This document shows positions 8,936 to 18,666 of a stretch of 64,000 nt of DNA, in pieces; position 1 is the first letter of the stretch; each line of letters starts with the position of its first letter. The translations under genes were made by a program, and so were the position numbers. Origin of the DNA: an uncultured candidate division Zixibacteria bacterium (GTDB taxonomy: Bacteria; Zixibacteria; MSB-5A5; UBA10806); assembly GCA_963817915.1 (NCBI GenBank), contig CAWFQL010000012.1, forward strand, positions 256,001 through 320,000, given 5' to 3'. The notes under the pieces were generated by a model. It had not been told where the DNA came from. It saw nothing but the letters and a program-made list of their open reading frames with translations, and made no database searches.

Positions 8936-10885
8936 GTGATGAAAAATAAATTTCTCGCTCTCTCTATTTTTGTCTTCTTTATGATTTATTCAGATTATTC
9001 TTACGCCAAAGAAAAAGCGCCTGAATTTCCAACTGATCTAACCTGGCTTAATTCGCAGCCATTGACATTAAAAGATCTTAAGGGCAAAGTCGTCCTGCTT
9101 GATTTCTGGACTTATTGCTGTATCAACTGCATGCATATTATCCCCGATCTCAAAAAGCTCGAGGCCAAATACCCCAATGAATTGATAGTCATCGGAGTTC
9201 ACTCGGCAAAATTTCAAAACGAAAAAGACACCGATAATATTCGCAACGCCATTCTCCGCTATGGCATCACGCATCCGGTGATCAATGATAATAAATTCAA
9301 GGTCTGGAGCGATTACGGAGTCAACGCCTGGCCGACATTGGCATTGATAGACCCCGAAGGCAATCTGGTCGATGAGGTTTCCGGCGAAGGGGTATATGAT
9401 AATTTCGATCCTGTCATCGGGCCGATGATCAAGCAATTCGATTCGAAAGGCTTAATCAACCGCGAAGCGATAAAGCTTTCTCTGGAAAAGGATAAAATGC
9501 GGTATGACATGTTTTCATTTCCGGGGAAGATCGCCGGCGATGAAAAATCGGGAAGGTTATTTTTCACAGATTCGGATCATAACTTCATAATCGAGTCAAA
9601 GATTGATGGCTATCTGATTCAAGACATAGGCCAGGGCGAAATCGGATTGAGAGACGGGAATCTTAGAACCGCCCAATTTTCCCATCCTCAAGGGCTTTAT
9701 TATGACAGCACTGCAAATATCATCTATGTCGCCGACACTGAAAATCACGCGATCCGCAAAATCGATCTTAATAACAATTCTGTCGAGACATTGGCCGGAA
9801 ATGGTCATCAAGCCGGATTCGGAGCCGATGGTGGTATCGGCAAGCAAGCCGAACTTAATAGCCCGTGGGACCTGACTTTAATCGACGGTAAGCTTTATAT
9901 CGCCATGGCAGGGTCCCATCAAATCTGGACGCTCGATGTGAAGACATTAGAAGCAAAAGTGTTTGCGGGCTCAGGGAGAGAAGATATTATCGATGGCCCG
10001 TTGTTGTCGGCGGCATTGGCTCAACCGAGCGGGATCACAACTGACGGGAAGAAGCTGTATTTTGTCGACAGCGAAGCCAGCGCGGTTCGCATGGCTGATC
10101 TAAATACAAATGGCAAAGTGGAGACCATCATTGGCAAAGGCTTATTCGAATTCGGTGATATCGATGGTAAGTACCCCGACGCGCGGCTCCAGCACCCGAT
10201 AGGAATTACCTATCACGATGGTTTTCTCTATATCGCCGATACCTACAATCATAAAATCCGCAAGGTAAATCCAGCCACGAAAGAAATCACGACTGTTATC
10301 GGCTTGGGACATTCTGGAAATATCGATGGTAATATTATGCAGGCGACCTTGAATGAACCGAATGGATTAGTCTTTATCGGCGAGAAAATGTACATCACCG
10401 ATACCAACAATAACCTGATTCGCATATTCGATCCCAAAATCGGAATTCTTTCAACTTTGTATTTTAGGGTGCGAGATAAAACTTCATCAAAAACCGAAGA
10501 TGAGTTTCGAGGAGCGATTGTAAATCTGCCGGAAATCACTATTTCACCCATAGCAAAGAACCTGACCTTGAATATTTCATTGCCGCCGAGATCTAAATTT
10601 GAAGACGAGGCGCCATTCGATGTTAAAATTAAATCCAACTCGACTAAGATTATCTCCATCGGTCAAAGCGATGCCAGGAAAGCATCCGGCACAATTGTAT
10701 TTCCTATTAAAAAACTGACCAAAGGGAAGGCCGTCGTAACTGTCGACTTGAATCTATATTATTGCAGTTCGGGAAATAAATCATTATGCTTTCTGAAGGA
10801 AGCTCGGTTGGTGATTCCGGTTAATGTAGCTAAAGGCGGTAAGGAGAAATTCGCCATCAACTACTCGGTTGAAGAACGCGATTAA
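8936..10885 (+). CDS. Exported thioredoxin-like + NHL-repeat protein (NHLRC2/SOQ1-like)
   Basis: Signal peptide, DFWTYCCINCMH, GVHSAKF, multiple NHL repeats (YVADTENH, LNSPWD, LQHP.G). Confidence 0.9.
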   Translation: MMKNKFLALSIFVFFMIYSDYSYAKEKAPEFPTDLTWLNSQPLTLKDLKGKVVLLDFWTYCCINCMHIIPDLKKLEAKYPNELIVIGVHSAKFQNEKDTDNIRNAILRYGITHPVINDNKFKVWSDYGVNAWPTLALIDPEGNLVDEVSGEGVYDNFDPVIGPMIKQFDSKGLINREAIKLSLEKDKMRYDMFSFPGKIAGDEKSGRLFFTDSDHNFIIESKIDGYLIQDIGQGEIGLRDGNLRTAQFSHPQGLYYDSTANIIYVADTENHAIRKIDLNNNSVETLAGNGHQAGFGADGGIGKQAELNSPWDLTLIDGKLYIAMAGSHQIWTLDVKTLEAKVFAGSGREDIIDGPLLSAALAQPSGITTDGKKLYFVDSEASAVRMADLNTNGKVETIIGKGLFEFGDIDGKYPDARLQHPIGITYHDGFLYIADTYNHKIRKVNPATKEITTVIGLGHSGNIDGNIMQATLNEPNGLVFIGEKMYITDTNNNLIRIFDPKIGILSTLYFRVRDKTSSKTEDEFRGAIVNLPEITISPIAKNLTLNISLPPRSKFEDEAPFDVKIKSNSTKIISIGQSDARKASGTIVFPIKKLTKGKAVVTVDLNLYYCSSGNKSLCFLKEARLVIPVNVAKGGKEKFAINYSVEERD

Positions 10886-10923
10886 TGTTGAATAATTCAA
10901 TATTGATATATTATGTTTGACCA

Positions 10924-11883
10924 ATGGAAAATAATATAAAAACCGCAATAATTGAAAAAGCGTTTGAGCTTGGATTTTCCGCGATTGGGGTTACATCGGC
11001 GGAGTATGATCCGGTCGGCCATAATCAATTCGAGCAATGGCTTTCCAAAGGTTATCATTCCGAGATGGAATATCTTGAAAACGATACCCGAAGAAGATTC
11101 GATCCGACATTGCATCTGGCCGATGCGAAATCGGTTATAGCCTGTGCTGTGAATTATTATAGCGAGCCGTTGAATGACCCCCAAAAAGGGTATGTATCAT
11201 TGTATGCGCGTGGCGATGATTACCACATTCTGCTTAAAGATATGCTCAATGCCCTTTGTGAATCTATAAAGGAACTCGTTCCGGATTTCCACTTCAAGGT
11301 CATGGTTGATTCATCGCGCGTTTCTGAAAGAACATTCGCAATTAAGGCCGGGCTTGGTTTTCAGGGCAAAAACGGGTTGATGATTTTTCGACCTTCTCGC
11401 AAGAGCGATGGAAACAGGGCCAGGGGCAGTTTTCATTTCTTAGGCATAATTGTAACAAATCTAGTACTTGATTTCGATGAACCGGTAAAAGGCGATTGCG
11501 GGAAATGTCACAAATGTATCGATGCTTGTCCAACACATGCGATAGTCTCGGATCATAATGTCGACGTCAATAAATGTATATCTTATCATACTCTTGAGAA
11601 TGAAAAAGTTATACCGGCTGATATATCATCTAAGATGGGTAACATTATTTATGGCTGCGATATTTGCCAGTTGGCCTGCCCGTTCAATTCAGGGATTCCG
11701 TGCACTACAAATCCACGTTTAACGCCCAGGGCTGATCTCTTGAATCTGGATATGAAGACATTATTAGAGATGACCCAATGCGATGTGAAGCAAAAGTTCA
11801 AGGGCAGCAACATAAGCGAAATTAGCAACGAAATGTTCAGAAGAAACATCAGCGTTGCCTGCAAGAACATCACCAGTATTTGA
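10924..11883 (+). CDS. queG: Epoxyqueuosine reductase QueG
   Basis: YARGDDYH, AGLGFQGKN, CGKCHKCIDACPT, CISY, YGCDICQLACPFN. Confidence 0.92.
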   Translation: MENNIKTAIIEKAFELGFSAIGVTSAEYDPVGHNQFEQWLSKGYHSEMEYLENDTRRRFDPTLHLADAKSVIACAVNYYSEPLNDPQKGYVSLYARGDDYHILLKDMLNALCESIKELVPDFHFKVMVDSSRVSERTFAIKAGLGFQGKNGLMIFRPSRKSDGNRARGSFHFLGIIVTNLVLDFDEPVKGDCGKCHKCIDACPTHAIVSDHNVDVNKCISYHTLENEKVIPADISSKMGNIIYGCDICQLACPFNSGIPCTTNPRLTPRADLLNLDMKTLLEMTQCDVKQKFKGSNISEISNEMFRRNISVACKNITSI

Positions 11884-11963
11884 ATTAACGCCTTACTTAA
11901 CAAGGCCTTATAAGATTGTGGACAAAAAGTAGAATTATTTTTAATTTTTGGGAACGTTTTGAC

Positions 11964-12020
11964 TTGACCTGGAGTATTATGATTTGTAATATGAAGATAA
12001 GTGGACTGATTAACTCCACT
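11964..12020 (+). promoter_or_regulatory. Sigma70-like promoter plus inverted-repeat operator upstream of the Rrf2 gene
   Basis: TTGACC-N17-TAATAT (11964-11992); AGTGGA-N9-TCCACT (12000-12020). Confidence 0.55.
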
Positions 12021-12037
12021 AATTAAGGAGAAAAATT

Positions 12038-12511
12038 ATGCAAATATCAAGGAAATCCGATTACGCGCTCAGAGCAATGGTTTACATCGCGGCCTGGGAA
12101 GACGATAAAATTTGTTCTATCAATGAGATCTCGGACGCTGAAAAGGTGCCGCGCGAATACCTCGCCAAGATCCTGAAAGAATTATCGCTCCAGGGATTCC
12201 TCACAAGCTACAAGGGTATCAATGGCGGTTATCGGATGGCCAGACAGAGAGACAAGGTAACCTTCCTTTCGATCATCGAGGCCATGCAGGGGAAGATCGC
12301 GGTCAATGATTGCATCAGACATTCGAACGAGCAGCAGGAATGCACTCGTAAGGGCGGATGCGCCATGCACAGCTTCTGGAAGGGCGAACAGGAAAGAGTC
12401 ACGAAGTCATTGGGCTCGGTAAGTTTGGCATCGCTTGACTACGATACATTCTACCCGTTTGCCCGCAGGAAAAACAAAAAGCAGCAACCGGCAGTAGCCA
12501 AGACTGCGTAG
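12038..12511 (+). CDS. Rrf2 family Fe-S transcriptional regulator (IscR-like)
   Basis: DYALRAM, YLAKIL, GINGGY; three Cys plus His (C..C..CAMH). Confidence 0.9.
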   Translation: MQISRKSDYALRAMVYIAAWEDDKICSINEISDAEKVPREYLAKILKELSLQGFLTSYKGINGGYRMARQRDKVTFLSIIEAMQGKIAVNDCIRHSNEQQECTRKGGCAMHSFWKGEQERVTKSLGSVSLASLDYDTFYPFARRKNKKQQPAVAKTA

Positions 12512-12557
12512 TTTTGCTATTGACTTAGATAATAATAAGCTTTAGTTCTTTCTTGTC

Positions 12558-13571
12558 ATGAGTGAGAGCAGGAAAGTTAAGGCTATTTCTTTATATTCCG
12601 GTGGCCTTGATTCGACATTGTCTGTTTTGCAGATGATGAAATACGGTGTCGAAGTCGAGGCCATTACGTTTATGACCCATTTCGGATGCGATGCCACCGA
12701 TTCGTCGTCGTGCGGGTCCAATCCCTATCCCGCCGCCAATAAATTCGGCTTCAAGGTCAAATTATCCCATCTTGGAGAAAAATTCATAGAGATAGTCAAG
12801 AATCCCCGTCACGGGCACGGGAAAAATATGAATCCCTGCATCGATTGTCGGCTTTTGATGATCCAAGAAGCCAAGAGCTATCTCGAAATGGTCAATGCCG
12901 ATTTCATAATCACGGGCGAAGTATTGGGGCAGAGACCGATGTCGCAACGCCGTTTCGCGCTCGATTTAGTTGCCAGGGAATGCGGGCTCGAGGGCAGGCT
13001 GGTCAGGCCGCTTTCGGGACGGCTGCTTCCGCAGACATTGCCAGAAAAAGAAGGGCTTATCCAACGAGACTGGCTGCTCGATATCGAGGGGCGTACCCGT
13101 AAACGCCAGATGGCGCTGGCGAAGGAATTCGGGCTGACCGAATATCCCAACCCCGCGGGTGGATGCCTGCTGACAGACCGAAATTACTCCGACCGGCTCA
13201 GGGATTTATTGAAATATAAATCAGATGTAACATTTGACGATCTCAATCTGCTTCGAGTCGGACGGCATTTCCGGCTGGGGGCGAATGCCAAGTTAGTGAT
13301 CGGACATGACGATGCCGAAAATCAGGCGATACGTTCGTTGGCCAAAGAGAATGATGTTATATTGGAGGCCGCGGATTTCCCATCGCCGACCGGCCTGCTG
13401 CGCGGACAGATCGATGACAATCTGATTGCGGCCGCCGCGTCTATCGTGGCTCGCTATAGCGATGGCAGACGCCAATCCGGCCTGCGTATCGAGATCACCC
13501 CGTCAACAGAGCCCAAATTCGTAATCGTAAATCCGATCGACGAACCGGCGCTGGTGGCGTGTAGATTGTAA
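12558..13571 (+). CDS. PP-loop tRNA sulfurtransferase (ThiI/MnmA-like)
   Basis: SGGLDS PP-loop, NPCIDCR, TGEVLGQRPMSQ, PAGGCLLT. Confidence 0.8.
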   Translation: MSESRKVKAISLYSGGLDSTLSVLQMMKYGVEVEAITFMTHFGCDATDSSSCGSNPYPAANKFGFKVKLSHLGEKFIEIVKNPRHGHGKNMNPCIDCRLLMIQEAKSYLEMVNADFIITGEVLGQRPMSQRRFALDLVARECGLEGRLVRPLSGRLLPQTLPEKEGLIQRDWLLDIEGRTRKRQMALAKEFGLTEYPNPAGGCLLTDRNYSDRLRDLLKYKSDVTFDDLNLLRVGRHFRLGANAKLVIGHDDAENQAIRSLAKENDVILEAADFPSPTGLLRGQIDDNLIAAAASIVARYSDGRRQSGLRIEITPSTEPKFVIVNPIDEPALVACRL

Positions 13572-13846
13572 CAATATTTGCGTGTGTGTCGGATCGCCTG
13601 ACCCGACGATAACCCGCTATAGGTCGGCGTGCCCTTAGGGCGGTATTTGTTTTATCCCAGACTATTCAGCTCAACTTGTGGTTATTATGCGTTTGCATAT
13701 AGGAGACATCCGAGTCCGAGACATAAATTGTAGCTATTTCAAGGAGGCCTTCTTAATTTTATCACTTGCGCTGTGTTGTTGATTTTATTTATTTTCCAAT
13801 AATGATTGATTTCGTGTTAATTAAAATAGAGTGAAAGGAACTGCCA

Positions 13847-14389
13847 ATGTCCAAGAATTCCCCTGCAGAAATTAACATAAGCCCGGTAACCTTAGCCGCA
13901 TGGTCGGTCAAATCGCTTGCCTTCCAATTCCTGTTGATCTCGGCGGCCGTGCTTTTGCCATCGATGGCACATTTAGCCGGCGCTCCGGTTCGGATTCTCC
14001 TCCCGATGCATTGGCCTGTGATAATAGCGGGGCTGGTTTACGGTTGGCGTGGTGGAGCCTTGGTGGGTGCCTTATCGCCCTTAGCCAGTTATGCCATTTC
14101 CGGATACCCTTTGCCAGCTATTTTGCCATCAATTATTGCCGAATTGTTCGCGTACGGATTTGTCATCGGCTTACTAAAAGGGCAACTTCGCTTGAATAGT
14201 TATTTGTCCGTGGCGATTGGTTTGCTAACTGGTAGAATTATCTTCATTATTACCACGCTCATCACCGGCGGGGCAGTCATCAATATAACATATTTATCTG
14301 TTGCTTTGCTTCCTGGAATTGCAGCGTCTATCGGTCAATTGGCGCTACTGCCATCCCTGGCAAAATGGTGGGTCAAAAAAAGTAAATAG
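13847..14389 (+). CDS. ECF transporter S component
   Basis: LLPMHWPV..GLVYG...GALSP, several TM segments. Confidence 0.8.
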   Translation: MSKNSPAEINISPVTLAAWSVKSLAFQFLLISAAVLLPSMAHLAGAPVRILLPMHWPVIIAGLVYGWRGGALVGALSPLASYAISGYPLPAILPSIIAELFAYGFVIGLLKGQLRLNSYLSVAIGLLTGRIIFIITTLITGGAVINITYLSVALLPGIAASIGQLALLPSLAKWWVKKSK

Positions 14390-14403
14390 CAAAACCATTA
14401 ATT

Positions 14404-14770
14404 GGCGGCAGGCATCCCGCCTGCCCCAAAAGTATCCAGTTTGGAGGGACCGTCGTAGGTCATTTCCCCTGGGAAATGACGTCTTATTATCTGCGGCTTC
14501 TGTAGAGACATGCGATCGCATGTCTCTAGTAAATAGAATATCCCATTCGAGTCTCAATCGTTGAGACGCAAGATTTTGCGTCTCTACCTGCCGGAAAAGT
14601 ATTCCACTGAAGTGCGGCAGTCGTCATCGACTGCCCCAAAAGTATCCAGTTTGGAGGGACCGTTAGTAGGTCATTTTCCTTGGGAAATGACGATAGGTTC
14701 TGCGAAGTCAGTAGCCCAAATCTCGAAGAGATTTGGGAAAATGACCCAAAACCACAAGGGTTTTGGGCTA
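14404..14770. repeat. Mosaic cluster of REP-like palindromes with a ~61-bp direct repeat
   Basis: 14421-14481 matches 14631-14692; GTAG-headed hairpins (GTAGGTCATTT..AAATGAC, GTAGAGACATGCGATCGCATGTCTCTA, GTAGCCCAAA..TTTGGG). Confidence 0.8.
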
Positions 14771-14936
14771 CAAGCTTCCTGCGAGTCACGGTTTACCGTG
14801 ACCGCATCCTGCCGTTGTATGCGGTCAGGGCAAGCCCTGACGCGCAATATATACTCATCTATGTCATCATCAATCCGGCCGATAATTCACAAGCCTTGCC
14901 AATGAGCCATTGTCATCGTATACTGGCGGCGGAGCT

Positions 14937-15554
14937 ATGATGAAATTGACAGACGCAAAATACGTGGGGTCATACCCTGATTACAAAATGGCGCCCAAAT
15001 CGAGCCTGCCGGAGATATCGTTCGGCGGCCGTTCCAATGTCGGCAAATCCTCGCTGATAAATTCATTGGTGAAGAAGCGGAATCTCGCCCAGGTCGCCAA
15101 AGCGCCGGGCAAAACCAGGCTTCTCAATTATTTCGCGCTCAGCGATAAGCCGGGACGGGATTTCATGCATTTTGTGGATCTGCCCGGATTCGGATACGCC
15201 AAGGTGTCGATGGATACCCGTCAGAACTGGCAGAAGATAATCGAGGCTTATATCGAAGGCTCGAAGAATCTCAAGGGGTTTTGTATTCTCATAGACAGCC
15301 GTCGGGGCTTGCAGGACGAGGAGATACAGCTGATCGAATATCTGAAAATTCAGAAAAAAAATATTTGTCTTATACTGACAAAATCTGATAAGTTAACCCG
15401 TCAGGAAGGCAGTCTGATTGTAAAAAAGACTGCGGAGGAATTAAAGCATCTGGGGGGCGAAGCAATATTCCCGGTGCTGCATTCTGCGAAAACAGGGGTT
15501 GGCAACGATTTAATCTGGCGTTGGATTGCGGAAAGGATAAAGCATGACGGGTAG
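14937..15554 (+). CDS. engB: Ribosome biogenesis GTPase EngB/YihA
   Basis: GRSNVGKSSLIN, PGKT, DLPGFG, TKSDK; GGAG before the ATG at 14937. Confidence 0.95.
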   Translation: MMKLTDAKYVGSYPDYKMAPKSSLPEISFGGRSNVGKSSLINSLVKKRNLAQVAKAPGKTRLLNYFALSDKPGRDFMHFVDLPGFGYAKVSMDTRQNWQKIIEAYIEGSKNLKGFCILIDSRRGLQDEEIQLIEYLKIQKKNICLILTKSDKLTRQEGSLIVKKTAEELKHLGGEAIFPVLHSAKTGVGNDLIWRWIAERIKHDG

Positions 15555-16827
15555 TGGTATAGCGGTATTGGGGCTCCAATGGGGGGATGAGGGCAAAGGG
15601 AAAATTGTCGATTATCTGAGCGAATCCTGCGCCGGAGTAGCGAGATTCGGCGGCGGCTCCAACGCCGGTCATACGATAGTCAGAAATGGTGAGAAATTCA
15701 TACTGAGATTGTTGCCGTCGGGGATACTGCATAACGATAAGCTATGTTTTATCGGCGCGGGAGTGGTCTGCGACCCCGAAGTGCTGGAATCGGAAATAAC
15801 TGAACTTGAAAAGCGAGGCATCTCAACCCGCGGCAGATTATTCATTGATTACGCCACTCATCTGGTATTGCCGTTGCATAAGCTCAAGGATGTCTACGAG
15901 GATGCCTGCAGAGGCAATAACGCGCTCGATACTACCAAGCGTGGAATCGGGCCCGCCTATGCCGACAGGGCATCGCGAATTGGCATAAGGGTGGCGGATC
16001 TATTTGATAAAGAGATGATAGAATCGAGGCTGAAACAGCTTTCAATTATCTATAAGGAAATGGATGGCAGCGAAGGCAACGAATGGATGACCGATATCGC
16101 CGCCCTATATAAATACTTGATAAAATACGAGCCGCTTTTAAAAAGACTGGTTTCCGATGTCGGTCCGAAAATCATGGATATGTTGAATTCCGGCAAGCAG
16201 GTGCTGTTCGAGGGAGCGCAGGGCTCGCTGCTCGATATCGATTTTGGCACTTACCCATATACGACATCATCGCATACGACTATTGGCGGGATATTTATCG
16301 GACTGGGGATTCCGCCGTCTTATTTGAATTCCACTGTCGGCGTAGTGAAGGCTTACACGACCCGTGTTGGTCATGGACCGTTCCCCACCGAAATCCAGGA
16401 TGATACCGCGACAGAGATCAGGATAAAGGGCGGTGAATTCGGCTCGGTGACAGGCCGTCCAAGAAGAATCGGATGGCTCGATATGGTGTCATTGAAGAGG
16501 ATCATCAGGATCAATGGTATAACCAAACTTGCGATTACCAAGCTCGATGTCCTTGATGGCCTTGATCAAATCAATGTCTGCGAATCATATGAAATCGATG
16601 GTCATCGTACTCCCGATATTCCCGCCAACAATCCCGATTTCTGCAAGGCACAGCCGATATATACGAAAATCGCCGGGTGGAGCCAGCAATCGCGTGGCGC
16701 GAAAAAAGTTGATGACCTTCCAAAAGAAACAAGAAAGTATCTGGATTTTATCGAAGAGAAAACCGGCGTGCCGATATGGCTGGTATCCACCGGGCAGTCT
16801 CGCGAGGACACGATAATTCTTGAATAA
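15544..16827 (+). CDS. purA: Adenylosuccinate synthetase
   Basis: QWGDEGKGK, NAGHT, GIGPAYAD, EGAQG, TRVG.GPFPTE, TGRPRR. Confidence 0.97.
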   Translation: MTGSGIAVLGLQWGDEGKGKIVDYLSESCAGVARFGGGSNAGHTIVRNGEKFILRLLPSGILHNDKLCFIGAGVVCDPEVLESEITELEKRGISTRGRLFIDYATHLVLPLHKLKDVYEDACRGNNALDTTKRGIGPAYADRASRIGIRVADLFDKEMIESRLKQLSIIYKEMDGSEGNEWMTDIAALYKYLIKYEPLLKRLVSDVGPKIMDMLNSGKQVLFEGAQGSLLDIDFGTYPYTTSSHTTIGGIFIGLGIPPSYLNSTVGVVKAYTTRVGHGPFPTEIQDDTATEIRIKGGEFGSVTGRPRRIGWLDMVSLKRIIRINGITKLAITKLDVLDGLDQINVCESYEIDGHRTPDIPANNPDFCKAQPIYTKIAGWSQQSRGAKKVDDLPKETRKYLDFIEEKTGVPIWLVSTGQSREDTIILE

Positions 16828-16857
16828 AATAGTCTATGGTGTGCGGGATGTGATTTC

Positions 16858-18165
16858 ATGAAGCGGATTATTCTATTAACGCTTTTATTATCGATCTCAA
16901 CGAATTATCTGCAGGCGCAGGAAAAAATTGACAGCCTCGATTTCAATCAAGCCCTGAAGATGGCGTTCACCAACAACGCCGGTCTCGAAGCCAGGGAAGA
17001 CGCCATCCGGTCCGGCGAATTCAGTATCGAGCAGGTCAAATCATCTTATTATCCCAAACTAAGCTTATATTCGACATATACGAGAGTATCCAAGACGAGC
17101 TCAATCGAGATTCCCAACCCATCGACCGGAAGACTGACATCGATACAATTCAATCCGTTGGATCGATATGATTTCGGAGTCGCTTTATCGCATGAGATTT
17201 TCACATTCGGCAGGCGGCCAGCCCTGAAACGGATTTCGACGCAGAGTGTCGAATCGGCAAAGCTCGATAGAGAAGACCACCGCAGAATGATTTTCGATAA
17301 CACAGTACGGGCATTCGCGGCTATGCTTCTGGCCAAAGAGAATCTTTCGACACAATCTGATAATATTAAACGGGCGTCAGAGAAAGTTGAAATCATAAAA
17401 TCGAGAATCGAACAAGGTCAGGCCATCGACCTGGATCGATTGAGAACCGAATTGCTGCAATCTCAATTCATGTTCAATTACAATTCGGCCATGGGCGATT
17501 ATAATAAAGCCAGGGAATCGTTGAAGGCCATAATCGGATTGAGCACTGCGGGCAATTTCGAACCATTGGGTTCGCTTGAAGAGATAATGATCGCCATCCC
17601 GGAAACATTGGTATACGAGCCGGAAACGCGCAATGAATTCAAAAGACTGAATATCGGATATTCGATTCAACAGGAAAATCTTTCGGTAGCCAAAAGCTCA
17701 TACTTTCCCAGTCTTTTTCTCAATGCCAAATATGACTGGCAGAATGGCTATCAACCGGACCTGAATAAAATTGAAAGCTCATGGAATTTAGGATTATCAC
17801 TGAATTGGCTGATATTCGATGGTTTCAATCGCAAGGGCCAGTTGTCGTATAATCGTTCGGAAATGAAGAAGATTAGTAATTTTATCAACGACCTCAAGCC
17901 GCAAATAAGATCGCAGATTCAATCGGCGTCGATCGATCTCGAAACCGTCACCAATGGTCTCGATCTGGCGCGCAGGCAGCTGATATTGGCACAGAAGGCT
18001 CTTGAAATTGCTGAAGCGCGATTTAATGAAGGGTTGATATTGACATCCGATTTGATCGATTCCGAAATCGATCTTTCCAATGCCGAGCAGGGGCTCCATC
18101 TCGCCAACTATAAAATCATCATGGCTAAATTGACATTGAAGTCGGCAATTGGGTATCTATCCTGA
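16858..18165 (+). CDS. TolC family outer membrane efflux protein
   Basis: Signal peptide; two OEP repeats (SSYYPKL / SSYFPSL, IFDGF, ARFNEG). Confidence 0.85.
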   Translation: MKRIILLTLLLSISTNYLQAQEKIDSLDFNQALKMAFTNNAGLEAREDAIRSGEFSIEQVKSSYYPKLSLYSTYTRVSKTSSIEIPNPSTGRLTSIQFNPLDRYDFGVALSHEIFTFGRRPALKRISTQSVESAKLDREDHRRMIFDNTVRAFAAMLLAKENLSTQSDNIKRASEKVEIIKSRIEQGQAIDLDRLRTELLQSQFMFNYNSAMGDYNKARESLKAIIGLSTAGNFEPLGSLEEIMIAIPETLVYEPETRNEFKRLNIGYSIQQENLSVAKSSYFPSLFLNAKYDWQNGYQPDLNKIESSWNLGLSLNWLIFDGFNRKGQLSYNRSEMKKISNFINDLKPQIRSQIQSASIDLETVTNGLDLARRQLILAQKALEIAEARFNEGLILTSDLIDSEIDLSNAEQGLHLANYKIIMAKLTLKSAIGYLS

Positions 18166-18315
18166 GCTAAATTGACCTATATAGCCGCCAGGATTAATAA
18201 AACATGCAATATGCCCGACAATTATTATATAGAAAAATAACTTGTTGACGTTCAATTTTGAAGGTACAATCAATTATAATGTTTGAACCAGGGAATAATC
18301 GTTTTTGGATGAAGG

Positions 18316-18645
18316 ATGAATATAATGGTAGAAGTAAATGATACGAATTTTAAATCGGTAGTGCTTGAATCTAAATCGCCTGTTCTTGTTGATTTCTGGG
18401 CCGAATGGTGCGGGCCATGCAAGGCAATCGCTCCCGTATTGGATGAATTATCCAATGAATACGGAGGGCGCGTTGTCTTTGCCAAGCTTAATGTCGAAAA
18501 AAGCCCTAAGACGGCGGCGCAATTGGGAATTCGAAGCATTCCGACTATGATATTATTTCAAAAAGGCAATGAAATGGATCGACTGGTCGGGGCATTGCCC
18601 AAAATACAAATATCGAAAAAAATTGAATCATCGTTAAAGAAATAA
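18316..18645 (+). CDS. trxA: Thioredoxin
   Basis: DFWAEWCGPCK, IRSIPT. Confidence 0.97.
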   Translation: MNIMVEVNDTNFKSVVLESKSPVLVDFWAEWCGPCKAIAPVLDELSNEYGGRVVFAKLNVEKSPKTAAQLGIRSIPTMILFQKGNEMDRLVGALPKIQISKKIESSLKK

Positions 18646-18666
18646 ATGGATATGCGGGAGGATTAA

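Noticed and set aside
14404..14770. CRISPR array
   Set aside because: Only two long repeats with irregular palindromic spacing; no cas genes
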